The notes under the pieces are model-generated. The model saw only the letters and a program-made list of their open reading frames with translations. It was not told the DNA's origin and did not search any database. Below are positions 20,192 to 30,340 of a stretch of 64,000 nucleotides of DNA, in pieces. How positions within the stretch are numbered: position 1 is the first letter of the stretch; the number at the start of each line of letters is the position of its first letter. The position numbers and the translations under genes were made by a program. This DNA is from an uncultured virus (IMG/VR IMGVR_UViG_3300020137_000030) (lineage: Duplodnaviria > Heunggongvirae > Uroviricota > Caudoviricetes), in IMG/VR virus record IMGVR_UViG_3300020137_000030; one strand, 5' to 3'.

Positions 20192-20278
20192 CGTAGGCGG
20201 CGCCCGTGGCTCACGCTGCGGGCGCTGCCCGCCTGGCGCGTCTCAGGACCCACAGGACCGACAGGAGCCCCCACCAGC

Positions 20279-20686
20279 ATGATGTCCGTCTACTCGCTCA
20301 CGCACATGACCGGTCGGCCCGCCCAGGCCAACCGGATCTCTGTCGTTCAGGGGTTCGAGGCCAAGCGCCGCACCTGGTTCTCGCTGCTCGCCGCCGGGGT
20401 CGTCCTGGTCGTCGTGTCCGCGATGGCGTGGCCGCTGCTGAACGTCTCCGGCCTGCTGGTCGGTGCGGCCGCCGGTGCGGGCGTGATGGGCGCGCTGAAC
20501 GTGCGCTCGAAGGCGGAGCCGGAGAGGCTGTGGGTCTCCGCCCGGCGCGACCGGGTGCGTTCCGACGCCGGTCGGTTCTTCGTCTGCGGGCGCGAGGTGG
20601 ACCCGACAGCGACGTCCGTGTACCTGCTCATGACGGGCACCGTGCGCAACCCGAACCTGCCCGCCGAACCGCAGGAGACACTGTGA
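20279..20686 (+). CDS. Small membrane conjugation protein (VirB3/PrgI-like by position)
   Basis: Two TM segments; AGGAG RBS; context. Confidence 0.5.
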   Translation: MMSVYSLTHMTGRPAQANRISVVQGFEAKRRTWFSLLAAGVVLVVVSAMAWPLLNVSGLLVGAAAGAGVMGALNVRSKAEPERLWVSARRDRVRSDAGRFFVCGREVDPTATSVYLLMTGTVRNPNLPAEPQETL

Positions 20687-23571
20687 CCTGGCCCCGCCGC
20701 CTGCTGCTGGCGCTGGTCGCCGCGACCGCCGCGCTGCTGCTGACCGCCGGCGGTGCCAGCGCCGCCGGACCCTGCGACGACCCGAGCCTGCCGTACGACG
20801 CGCAGCTCGCCGCAGGGTGCATCGACCCGCCCACAGGCCTGGACCTCTACCTGCCGTCCGAGCGGTGGGCGGGGGAGGCCACCACCGTGCACTCCCGCAA
20901 GGTCGGTGGCTTCAGCGGCATCCTGCCCGACCTGTCCACCACCATGCAGCGGGACATGACGTTCCCCGTGTTCATGAGCGTGGGCAACTCCCTGTGGTCG
21001 TGGACCACCTCGATGCTGTCCGGCGCGATGCGCATGGACTTCCTGGACTCGATGGGTGCCGCGATCGACGGCCTGGTCGCCGCGTTCGGCAACGCGGTGT
21101 TCGGGTCGCCGCTGATCGCCGCCATCGTGACGCTCGGTGTGATCGTCGTGCTGTGGCGCGGTTTCCGCGGTCGCGGCAACCCGACCGGGTACCTGGTGAA
21201 GGCCGGCGGCACCGTCGTGCTGCTCGCCGCCATGGTGATCGGTGCCGGGAACTCCACGACCACCGGCGGCACCTACGTCGCAGGGACCATGTCGCCCGGC
21301 TGGCTCGCGCAGACCACCAACGGGGTCATCTCCTCGCTGGTGTCCGCACCGGCCGCCGCACTGAGCGCCTCGACGTCGTCGGTCCCCAGCGCGGCGGACT
21401 CGACCGTCACCGGCCCGCTGTCGTGCCAGGAGTACGTCGCCGAGCTCAACCGCAAGTACATCGCGTCCGCAGGCGGGACCTCCGGTCTGGCGGCCAACAT
21501 GCAGTCCTCCACCCCGATGCTGCTGTCACGCATGTGGGAGCAGACCGGCCTGCAGGCGTGGAAGGTCGGCCAGTTCGGCGCCGAGAACGACTACGGCGAG
21601 TTCATGTACTGCCGCCTGCTCGACCAGCGCGCGGGCATCTCCGCCAGCCAGCAGTGGCGCATCACGAAGGCGTCCGGCACGAGCATCCCCGACGCCAACC
21701 TCAACGCCGCACCGTGGGGCACCACGGACAACGACCACGAGGACCGCAACCTCATCGCCTGGGCCGCGTGCCGCGTCGACAGCAGCGGCAGCTGGTACGT
21801 GGAGGAGGAGTGGGCCTCCGTCTCCAAGAAGGTCATCAACGCCGACGACTGCAGCAAGTGGTGGGGCGAGGACTACTTCGTCGCCGACAGCGACAAGCCC
21901 GAGGGGATCATCTCCGAGGGCGGGACGAACTTCGACTGGGGCGGCAAGGCCTCCGACACCACCAACAAGACCAACGGCCAGCCGAACGTGCGCGAGTTCC
22001 TGCTCACCCTGCACGGGTCCGGTGCGTCCGTCGGCGGCAACCTCGCACTCGTCGTGACCTACCTGCTGTCGTCGCTCGTCATCTTCATCGTGTTCGGGGC
22101 CGTGTCCCTGGGGGTGCTGTTCGCCAAGCTCACGATGATGGCGCTGACGCTCGCGATCGTGTTCGCGCTCCTGCGCGACCTGCTGCCGACCAGCGCATCG
22201 TCAGCGGCGGGCAAGACGGCCAAGGCGTACGTCGGCTCGGCGTTCGTCGTGTTCGGCATCGGCCTGGTCATCGCGTTGCTGACCACCTTCACGTCCGCGA
22301 TCATCACCTTCGCGCAGACGACGTTCGGTGCCGGGTCGATCGCCACCATGATGTGGTCCAGCGCCGCACCGCTGATCTCCCTGCTCGTGCTGCACTGGAT
22401 CTTCACCAAGGTGCTGAAGGTGCCTTCGCCGCTGTCCGTCTCGGGCGCGACCGCCTGGGGCAAGGCGGCCGCCGGTGGCGCTGTCGGCGGTGCGCTCGGT
22501 GCAGGTACCGCCGAGATGCTGCAGCGTCGCGGGTCGTCCGCGGCACGTGTTGGGGCACGCGCGGCTGGTGCCGGTGCGCGACGTGCGGGAGGTGCGCTCG
22601 CCACACGCTTCGGAGGCACCCGGACCGCCAGCACCGGTGCCGGGCGTACGCCCCGGGCGGGTCGCGGCATCGCGAACGAGTTCGCGGCGGCAGGCGCCGG
22701 GGCGGGTGCCGGTGCCGCGGCGGTCGCCGCGGGCGGTCGGGCGAACTCGCGCCGCGGTGTCAGCCCAGCCACAGCCACACCTGCGACCTCCCTGCCGTCG
22801 GACCGTTCGACGATGCTCGAGCGGTCCACGCAGCGGGCAGACCGTCAGGTTGCACGCCGCGAAGCGCGCGAGGCCCGTCAGGTGGAGCGCGAGGAGACCG
22901 GCGTGTCCTACCTCGACCAGCAGATCGACCGCGCCAAGGCGTGGAAGGCCGAACGGGAGGTTCGTGCCGCGGCCCACCGGCAGCAGGTCGGCGACGAGCG
23001 GGTCGCACGCCGCGGGTTCGACGGCGGGCTGCTCGGCGACGCACGTGAGGCGCTGTCCGAGCGTATGACGCAGGTGCGTCGCGAGTACGCCCAGCGTCCG
23101 GTCCGCAAGACGCTGGGCACCGCGGCGAAGGTCGCCGGGGTCGGTGCGGCCACCGTCCTGACGGCCGGTGCCGCACTGCCGGTCGCCCTGGCGTACTCGG
23201 GCGTCAAGCAGGCGCGGGCCGCCGGGCACGACCGTCGCGCCGCCGCAGTCGCGCACACCACCAGGCTTGCGAGGCAGGCCCGTGAGCGGCAGGAGCTTGA
23301 CACCCTCGAGGCCCGCCGCAAGCAGCAGCAGGAGCGGGCGCAGCGTGAGCCCGTCGCCGGGCACCCCGCACTGGAGCGCATCAAGCCGGAGCACCTGGAG
23401 CCGGCGACCGTCCCGAGCGTCCCGCACGCCTCCCGCCCCGCCACCCGGCGGGTGCGGATGTCCGCCACGCGCAAGCCCGTGCGGGTGGCGGGCCCGCGGG
23501 CGACGACCGCCGCCCCGGCACGCAGTGCGCTGCCGGGCGGACCCAGCGCCGGCACGAGCATGAAGTGGTGA
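20683..23571 (+). CDS. Polytopic VirB6/TrbL-like conjugation protein
   Basis: Signal peptide; multiple TMs; Ala/Gly/Arg-rich tail; GTGA coupling. Confidence 0.65.
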   Translation: MTWPRRLLLALVAATAALLLTAGGASAAGPCDDPSLPYDAQLAAGCIDPPTGLDLYLPSERWAGEATTVHSRKVGGFSGILPDLSTTMQRDMTFPVFMSVGNSLWSWTTSMLSGAMRMDFLDSMGAAIDGLVAAFGNAVFGSPLIAAIVTLGVIVVLWRGFRGRGNPTGYLVKAGGTVVLLAAMVIGAGNSTTTGGTYVAGTMSPGWLAQTTNGVISSLVSAPAAALSASTSSVPSAADSTVTGPLSCQEYVAELNRKYIASAGGTSGLAANMQSSTPMLLSRMWEQTGLQAWKVGQFGAENDYGEFMYCRLLDQRAGISASQQWRITKASGTSIPDANLNAAPWGTTDNDHEDRNLIAWAACRVDSSGSWYVEEEWASVSKKVINADDCSKWWGEDYFVADSDKPEGIISEGGTNFDWGGKASDTTNKTNGQPNVREFLLTLHGSGASVGGNLALVVTYLLSSLVIFIVFGAVSLGVLFAKLTMMALTLAIVFALLRDLLPTSASSAAGKTAKAYVGSAFVVFGIGLVIALLTTFTSAIITFAQTTFGAGSIATMMWSSAAPLISLLVLHWIFTKVLKVPSPLSVSGATAWGKAAAGGAVGGALGAGTAEMLQRRGSSAARVGARAAGAGARRAGGALATRFGGTRTASTGAGRTPRAGRGIANEFAAAGAGAGAGAAAVAAGGRANSRRGVSPATATPATSLPSDRSTMLERSTQRADRQVARREAREARQVEREETGVSYLDQQIDRAKAWKAEREVRAAAHRQQVGDERVARRGFDGGLLGDAREALSERMTQVRREYAQRPVRKTLGTAAKVAGVGAATVLTAGAALPVALAYSGVKQARAAGHDRRAAAVAHTTRLARQARERQELDTLEARRKQQQERAQREPVAGHPALERIKPEHLEPATVPSVPHASRPATRRVRMSATRKPVRVAGPRATTAAPARSALPGGPSAGTSMKW

Positions 23572-23587
23572 AGGAGAGGACGACACG

Positions 23588-24283
23588 ATGACGACCCCGA
23601 CCTACATGCCGCCACCGCCCCGCGGGGAGCAGCCCCGTCGCGGCAACGGCCAGTTCGACGTCACGCCCCGGCGTGAGGCACCCGTGGCGCTGTCCGTCAG
23701 CGACCGCGAGTACAACGCCGACGGGACCTTCGCCTACCCGCCGATCGCCCGCTCGTACGAGCAGATCGTCGACTTCTGGATGCGGGTGCCGGTGCCCGAC
23801 CAGGTGCTCTACCAGCTGCGGTCGGTCTACAGCCACGCGCAGAACGACGCACGCTCCCAGGCTCTTGACGGGTGGCGTGCCCGGCACCGTGAGCCGGTCC
23901 GCTACGACAAGCACGGGCAGCGTGCCGAGTGGGACGAGTGGTTCGCGGCGCTCAACCGTGAGGACATGCGCCTCAAGGACGCCACCCCGCCGCTGATCAC
24001 CCCGGTCCTGGCTCGCCCCCTCGCACGCGCCGCAGGCCTGATGATCCAGGCCCGCACGCTCGAGGAGCAGCAGCCGGGCATCGTCGAGCGGGTGCGGCAG
24101 ACCCCGATCGACCTGGCGGTGCTCGGCAGCCCGAGCGTCGGCAGCCTGCTCGACCTGTACCCCGTGGAGGAGCTCCCCGAGGAGACCTGGCTCGACCAGA
24201 GCAGCGACTACGGGGCCATCGCGGCCGACCGGCTGGAAGACATCGTCGCCATCATGTCGGGCACGGAGAACGAGGGCGCCTGA
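23588..24283 (+). CDS. Hypothetical protein with N-terminal GNGQF peptide
   Basis: AGGAGAGGA RBS; codon bias. Confidence 0.65.
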   Translation: MTTPTYMPPPPRGEQPRRGNGQFDVTPRREAPVALSVSDREYNADGTFAYPPIARSYEQIVDFWMRVPVPDQVLYQLRSVYSHAQNDARSQALDGWRARHREPVRYDKHGQRAEWDEWFAALNREDMRLKDATPPLITPVLARPLARAAGLMIQARTLEEQQPGIVERVRQTPIDLAVLGSPSVGSLLDLYPVEELPEETWLDQSSDYGAIAADRLEDIVAIMSGTENEGA

Positions 24284-24284
24284 T

Positions 24285-24298
24285 TCCGGCGCATGTTG
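24285..24298 (+). promoter_or_regulatory. TCCGGCGCATGTTG motif, copy 2
   Basis: Identical to 5704 and 38467. Confidence 0.55.
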
Positions 24299-24333
24299 TA
24301 GTGAGAGAGCGTTCTCGACAAGGGGAGTGTGAC

Positions 24334-27303
24334 GTGGACTGGTCCTTCAAGCGGCGGATGGGCGGCGTGCGCCGTCGCCTCGACGCGGGCGTCACGCTGG
24401 TCGAGATGCTGGTCGGGGGTGCGATCTTCGCGATCGTCGCCGTCCTGATCGCCGGGGTGCTCATGACGATGGGCACCGCGCACGTGAAGTCCACCGCGGA
24501 GACGATCACGCTCTCGCAGCTCGAGGACGCGAGCGGCCAGCTGCTGCGCGACGTGAACGACGGGCGGCGCATCCTGGTCGCGTCGCCGAGCGCGGTCACG
24601 GTGCAGGTGCTGCGCGACAGCGTGTGCACGGAGCGGGCGTGGTCGATCGAGGACGACGCCCTCGTCGTCGACACCCGCACCTTCACGACCGAGTCGTGCA
24701 CGGGCGGCAGCACCGACACGCATGCCAAGGTCGTGCAGAAGCGCTTCACCTCACCCGAGCCGTTCAAGTTCTACTCGGTGCTGTCTCAGCGCAACCCGAT
24801 GAAGCTCCCTGTCATCCCCGCCGAGGTGCGCCGGGTCACCTGGGACCTGTCTGCCCTGCCGGCGTACGACGACGCCAAGGATGTCCGCGTCAGCTCTGGG
24901 GCTGCGTTCACGGGCACCGGCAGCCGCAGCGACGGGACCGGCGTGCAGGCGGATGATGCGCTGCGGCCGCTGCTGGACGTGACGACCGAGCGTCCCGGCG
25001 TCGACAAGCCGCAGCTGACCTGGCAGGACAAGTCCCCGTCCGTGACGGCCGGGTGGACGGTCTACAGGATCGACTATGCGGAGGGCACCAACCCGCCGAC
25101 GTCGTGGTCGGCGATCATGCAGCTGCCCGCCTCGATGACGACGTGGACCGACGTGTCGCTTCCCGCCGGGCACACGGGACAGTACGTGGTCGTGGCGACG
25201 CTCACTGACGGCCAGCAGGGCCCGTCCTCGAACCAGGTCAGCACTGGTCTGCGACCCGCAGCGCCCACCATCACGGCGACCGGGGCGACGACCTCGATCG
25301 CGGTGAGCTGGAACTCGGTGACGGGGGCCGACTCGTACGACGTGTACCGCGACGGCAGCCTCGTCAAGGTGGGGCTCACGGCCACCACGTGGACCGACAA
25401 GAGCGGCGAGCACGCCTGGACGGGCTCGGGTTACGGCCACGCACACACGTACAACGTCGTCGCCGTGAACAGGTGGGAGCGCGCTGCGACGAACCCGACG
25501 CAGAAGCAGGACCAGCGCCTCGCGCTCGGCCAGGACGCGGGCGCGACACTCGGACTCCCGAGCGCGAAGCGGACCCTGTCGAACGCCGCCAGCGCGTGGA
25601 CGGCACCTGCCGCAGTGACCGGCCTCGCCGGGGCGAACCGGCTCCCGGCAGACCAGGCCGACCTCGCGTCGGTGTGGGACCCGAAGGTCGACATCGACTG
25701 GGCCGCCAGCGCCTGGGTCGGCGACTACGCCACGGCCGCGAAGTCGGCCACCCGGTACGCGGTCAGCCGCGGCAGCACCACCCTCACCGCCGCGACAGCG
25801 GCCGTCACGCTCGACGACTCCAGCGCGCCCCGCGGGACGAGCTCCACGTGGACCGTCGTCCCGACTGCGGGCGGGCTGACTGGGCCGTCGGCGTCGGCCG
25901 GGCTACTGACGTGGCCTTCGGCTGCGACCTGTACCGCCACGCTCGGTGGCGGCGGTTTCGGGACCACCCGGGCGGCGACGGTCGACGTGACCGAGCCGGC
26001 CGGGCAGACGGTGACCGGCGTCCGGCACGCGCGCACCTCCGACGGGACCTACCACACGACGAACCCGTTCGCGTGGACGTCCCTCGCCGACGGCACGACC
26101 ACGAGCTGGAAGGCGCAGGCGAAGAACGGCGCAGGGTACGGGCCGTTCGGCGCGGCATGCTCCGCAAAGACGGACCTGCTCGGGGCAAGCCTGGGCTACG
26201 ACGCGTCCGAGACCACCACCCGTGCGGTGCGCGTCGACGTCTCCGTGCTCGTCGGCGGGACCGCCGTGAGCAACCTGGACGCCCGCGGGCTCGACCTCGA
26301 GACCACCATCAGCGCGAACGCCGGCGACTCGGGTGCCGACACCGTGTGGGCGGGCGTCGGGTCCAAGGGGTGGGGCTCCCTCGTCCACAACACGTCCCGT
26401 ACGGTCACCTCGAGGGTCACCGACGGGTATAACACCGCGACCGCGACGAAGGACGTACGGACCCTGAAGCTCGAGGCGACCCTGAGTGCCACCGGAAGCG
26501 ACACATGGTGGATCGGGACGTCCACGAACGTCGAGGTCGGAGGCGCAGTTCAGACCACCTCCCAGCTGGAGGCGGCAGGCATCACCGTCTCCACGACGAT
26601 CACGCGCAAGGCGGGGGGGTCGGTCGAGCCTGACACCTCGTTCGAGGGCAAGGGTGGACATACCTGGCAGCCGCTCGTGGCGTCGAGGAGCCACTCCGAC
26701 TACGAGTGGTACGTGTTCAGCGCAAGGGCGTCCGACGGCTTCAACCGCCCGCCTGCGACGACGATGGAGGCGCGCACGGGCATCCTGTCGGTGGCGGCCG
26801 CCACCTGCGTGGCAACCCTGACCGACGCGCTGGCCCCCGGCGCGTTGACGATCAGCGGAGGTGGACAGGTCCGGCTCGGGTCGGCAGGAACGATCTACGG
26901 CGGCCCCCAGGGGTACTCCGGTCTCGGTGCCGGCACATACGTCGGGTACGCGCGCAACGTGTCTGACGACGACCACGGGAACGTCTACTACTCGGGGTGG
27001 GACGCCTGCCCGGCACGGACCATCGAGGTCCCCTTCACACCGACCGACTGGGGCAAGTCCGCCCCCGGCTGCTATGCGTTGGGGGTCTACGTGACGCCGA
27101 CGTCTCCGGCGACGTGGCAGATCAGGCGCTCCGCGGTGAGCACGTGCCTGGTCCGCTGGGTGCTGACCTACGCCGGCGCCAACGGAATCGACACGTTTGA
27201 GGGCGACGTCGTGGCCGGCGGCACGTACACCATCGGCTCGGGGGCTTCCGCGTACACGCGCACGTCGGGGAGCGGCTCGTACCCGATGGGCCCGCTGGTC
27301 TGA
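24334..27303 (+). CDS. Large type IV prepilin-like adhesin with fibronectin type III-like domains
   Basis: Class III signal DAG/VTLVEMLV; FN3-like W..YDVYRDG..Y.V.A.N segments; Thr/Ser-rich. Confidence 0.75.
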   Translation: MDWSFKRRMGGVRRRLDAGVTLVEMLVGGAIFAIVAVLIAGVLMTMGTAHVKSTAETITLSQLEDASGQLLRDVNDGRRILVASPSAVTVQVLRDSVCTERAWSIEDDALVVDTRTFTTESCTGGSTDTHAKVVQKRFTSPEPFKFYSVLSQRNPMKLPVIPAEVRRVTWDLSALPAYDDAKDVRVSSGAAFTGTGSRSDGTGVQADDALRPLLDVTTERPGVDKPQLTWQDKSPSVTAGWTVYRIDYAEGTNPPTSWSAIMQLPASMTTWTDVSLPAGHTGQYVVVATLTDGQQGPSSNQVSTGLRPAAPTITATGATTSIAVSWNSVTGADSYDVYRDGSLVKVGLTATTWTDKSGEHAWTGSGYGHAHTYNVVAVNRWERAATNPTQKQDQRLALGQDAGATLGLPSAKRTLSNAASAWTAPAAVTGLAGANRLPADQADLASVWDPKVDIDWAASAWVGDYATAAKSATRYAVSRGSTTLTAATAAVTLDDSSAPRGTSSTWTVVPTAGGLTGPSASAGLLTWPSAATCTATLGGGGFGTTRAATVDVTEPAGQTVTGVRHARTSDGTYHTTNPFAWTSLADGTTTSWKAQAKNGAGYGPFGAACSAKTDLLGASLGYDASETTTRAVRVDVSVLVGGTAVSNLDARGLDLETTISANAGDSGADTVWAGVGSKGWGSLVHNTSRTVTSRVTDGYNTATATKDVRTLKLEATLSATGSDTWWIGTSTNVEVGGAVQTTSQLEAAGITVSTTITRKAGGSVEPDTSFEGKGGHTWQPLVASRSHSDYEWYVFSARASDGFNRPPATTMEARTGILSVAAATCVATLTDALAPGALTISGGGQVRLGSAGTIYGGPQGYSGLGAGTYVGYARNVSDDDHGNVYYSGWDACPARTIEVPFTPTDWGKSAPGCYALGVYVTPTSPATWQIRRSAVSTCLVRWVLTYAGANGIDTFEGDVVAGGTYTIGSGASAYTRTSGSGSYPMGPLV

Positions 27304-27422
27304 GGGTCGGCGCGGTCGCCGACGTGCACCTGAACGGGTGAATCTCGGCGGCCGGGCCGTCGATGCCACCCTGTGCCGCACATATAGGCGCCGCAAGCAA
27401 GGAACTAGCCTAGGAGCACACC

Positions 27423-27995
27423 ATGAACGCCAAGCGGATCGCAGCCACCATCGCCATCGCGCTCGTCGGCGCTGCGGCGCTGGCGGGATGCTCGAACGGC
27501 GCCACCGTCCCGGAGCCCACGGACACCGCGACGTCCGCGATGCAGGTACCTGACGACCCGACCACCGCCCCGGTCGCGGGTGGCCCCACGACGGCGCCTC
27601 CGACGAACCCGACCACGCCGCCGCCCCCGCCTGCCGACGAGAACTCACAGGTGATCGACGGCGTTCTCTACCAGGGGACGCCGATCGCGCCGGTCCGCAT
27701 CGGCGACGACACCCCCGGCGAGGCGCCGCAGGCGGAGCAGGGGTTCACCTCGACGAAGTGGCAGGAGTACGCGCAGAATGCCAACAAGTACGTGGTTTCG
27801 GTTTTCCAGACCCGCGACGGCGGTTGGATCTGGAAGGTGTTCGGGCTTTCGCGCCACGGTTCGTTCCGCGAGCTCGGCAACTCGGGCTACCAGGCGGGCC
27901 ACTTCCTGTCGAGCCGTGAGGAGGCCGCTGCCGGCCCCTTCATCGTCGACGGTCGTGAGCTCGACCGGGCCGAGTACATCCTGCACGTGAACTGA
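27423..27995 (+). CDS. Lipoprotein
   Basis: Lipobox LAGC; Pro/Thr linker; AGGAG RBS. Confidence 0.75.
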   Translation: MNAKRIAATIAIALVGAAALAGCSNGATVPEPTDTATSAMQVPDDPTTAPVAGGPTTAPPTNPTTPPPPPADENSQVIDGVLYQGTPIAPVRIGDDTPGEAPQAEQGFTSTKWQEYAQNANKYVVSVFQTRDGGWIWKVFGLSRHGSFRELGNSGYQAGHFLSSREEAAAGPFIVDGRELDRAEYILHVN

Positions 27996-28182
27996 CCGCA
28001 GCGGGGGCGGCCCACACCGGGTCGTCCCGGCTTGCTGACTGTGCTCCTGGCGGCCGCTGTCGTCGTCACCCCTGCCATATGTGCGGCAAGGGCGACGACG
28101 ACAGCGGCCGTCTCACGATGTGGTGGCCGCCACGTGCGCCGGGTGCGCTGCGGGTGTCGTCGGAGCCCGGTACGGTCTGGCC

Positions 28183-28554
28183 ATGCCGGGCAGCACAGCA
28201 CAGAACGGGGACGTGTACCGCGTCCACAGGGACGCCACCGTGGACCGGGACGACACACGCGACGCGCACCCGATGGTGTGCGTGTCGTTCTCGCCGCACG
28301 ACCCGGTAGCCTGGAAGGGCCTCCCGCGCACCACCACGGGAGCAGTCGCGGGGGACCTCCCCAGTCCCCAGCATCCCAGCCTGCCGTTCACCAAGGACGG
28401 CCACTGGACGTTGCGGTTCGTGCGGTCAGTCCGCAAGGACCTCACCGGACACCACGAGCTCTGCCCGTTCATGGCGACCCTCCCCGAACCGGAGCGCACA
28501 GCGGTCCTCGAGCTCTACCGTGGCCGCAGCAACCGAAAGACCCGCCGCACATAG
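28183..28554 (+). CDS. Hypothetical protein, weak PemK/MazF-like pattern
   Basis: GDVYRV...HPMVCV...LPRTT. Confidence 0.4.
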   Translation: MPGSTAQNGDVYRVHRDATVDRDDTRDAHPMVCVSFSPHDPVAWKGLPRTTTGAVAGDLPSPQHPSLPFTKDGHWTLRFVRSVRKDLTGHHELCPFMATLPEPERTAVLELYRGRSNRKTRRT

Positions 28555-28561
28555 ACAAGAC

Positions 28562-29440
28562 ATGAGCACCCTCCCACTCCAGACCGCACCACCCGGGGTC
28601 GACGCCGACACCTGGGTCAACGGTGCGCCCGCACAGCCCGCCGTCGGCGACCTGTGGTTGCTGTCCTGGGACGGGCAGGGCCTCGGCCTGGGTGTGATCG
28701 CCTCCCGCCACGACTCCTTCGTGCTGGTGTGGCCCGTCAGCCTGCCCGGCGAACCGGTCGCACCCCCAGCCGTCCAGGTCGACGACACACCGCTGGGCAG
28801 GCCGCTGTTCGCCTGGCCGTCGCGAGAGACCGGCGTCAGCGACGCCCTCCTGCACCGCCGGCTCGGAGCGTTGCTCGACCCGGCCGTCATGGACGCGACC
28901 GCCGACGCCTTCGACGACGGCACAACACCGCCCCTGCCCTTCGCGCCCGCACCGCAGCCCCAGGACGCCGACGCCGCCGACGCCTACTCACGGCAGCTGG
29001 TCGACACCTGGGAGCGCATCTGCCTCACCCAGTGGCCGACGGTCGTCGACGCCGACACCCTGGACGCCGACGCGCTGCGGGCGTCCGGGCTCGCGCCCTC
29101 ACGGGTCGCCAACCTGCTCGGACTGCCCATCGAGCAAGCGGCGGCGATCTTCCTCGGCGAGACCGCCGTCACGCCCGACCAGGCCCGCACCCTCGAGCAC
29201 GCGGCCCAGGTCAGCCCCGGCTCGTTGCTGGCGCAGGCCACGATCCCCGACGCCGTGGTCCGCAGGCTCATCGACCCGCGGCGCAAGGACCAGGTCCTCG
29301 CGGTCAGTGAGCAGCATGCCATGCCCGAGAGCCAGGCGCGCGACCTCGTCGCGTCCCGGTTCGCCCTGGCGGCACGGTCGAGCGCGGACGACGACGCCCG
29401 GCTCGACGCGGTCTTCACCCGTCTCCTGGCCGACCAGTAG
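28562..29440 (+). CDS. Hypothetical protein (possible HTH partner of the downstream ImmA/IrrE protease)
   Basis: ATG 9 nt after CCGCACAT; operonic with IrrE-like gene. Confidence 0.6.
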   Translation: MSTLPLQTAPPGVDADTWVNGAPAQPAVGDLWLLSWDGQGLGLGVIASRHDSFVLVWPVSLPGEPVAPPAVQVDDTPLGRPLFAWPSRETGVSDALLHRRLGALLDPAVMDATADAFDDGTTPPLPFAPAPQPQDADAADAYSRQLVDTWERICLTQWPTVVDADTLDADALRASGLAPSRVANLLGLPIEQAAAIFLGETAVTPDQARTLEHAAQVSPGSLLAQATIPDAVVRRLIDPRRKDQVLAVSEQHAMPESQARDLVASRFALAARSSADDDARLDAVFTRLLADQ

Positions 29441-29884
29441 GACGTTGGACGCGCCGGACAGCCCCGACCTTGCCGACCTGGCACGCCGTGGCGAGCACCG
29501 GCGGATCGCGGACATCCTCGTAGACGCGGAACGTGCACGCGGGGTGCACGACCTGGACGCCCTGCGCACCGAACCCGTCGACGAGATCAGGCGCGCCGCC
29601 GAGCTGCAGGTGGTGGTCGAGCCCCTGCCGGACGACGACTGCCCCGTCGCCGGCTACTACGACCACACCAGCGCGACGATCATCCTGCACCCGTCGCTGA
29701 CGCTCGCCCGCGACCGGTTCACGGTCCTGCACGAGCTCGGGCACCACGTCCAACGCCGGGTGAGCCAGTGGGTCGACCTAGCGAGCAGCGCGAGCGGTGA
29801 CGCGGCGTGCTCCCGGCTTCAGCCGGGAGGCTCAGAGCGCCCTGCCTACATGACAACGACTAGACTGTGAGATAGAGTCTAACC

Positions 29885-30340
29885 ATGGGTTCGCGCCGGG
29901 CACTGCTGAGGACGCCGCACGTGGTGCACGTGTGCGTCTATCACGTGGTCTGGGCCACGAAGTACCGGCGCCAGGTGCTGGACCTGCGGAACACGCCGGA
30001 CGGGCCGAGAGTCTGCGACCGGCTCAAGGAGATCGCCGCCGGGATCGCAGCCGAGAACGACTGGACGATCCGGGCCCTGGAGACCATGCCCGACCACGTC
30101 CACCTGTTCATCCAGGCGGACAACGTGACCAGCCCCCGCGACCTCGCGAACGCGTTCAAGGGCCGCACCAGCCACGTGCTGCGCGAGGAGTTCCCCGAGC
30201 TGAAGCGTCGCCTCCCGTCGCTGTGGACCCGCTCGTACTTCGTGGCCACCGCCGGGGACGTCTCAGCCGCCACGATCCAGCAGTACGTGCAGAACCAGCG
30301 CACCAGGCCGACCGACCCGAAGGGGGTGGGGCGGGCATGA
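29885..30340 (+). CDS. tnpA: IS200-type Y1 HUH transposase
   Basis: YHVVWATKYRR, MPDHVHL, LWTRSYFVAT, YVQNQ. Confidence 0.95.
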   Translation: MGSRRALLRTPHVVHVCVYHVVWATKYRRQVLDLRNTPDGPRVCDRLKEIAAGIAAENDWTIRALETMPDHVHLFIQADNVTSPRDLANAFKGRTSHVLREEFPELKRRLPSLWTRSYFVATAGDVSAATIQQYVQNQRTRPTDPKGVGRA

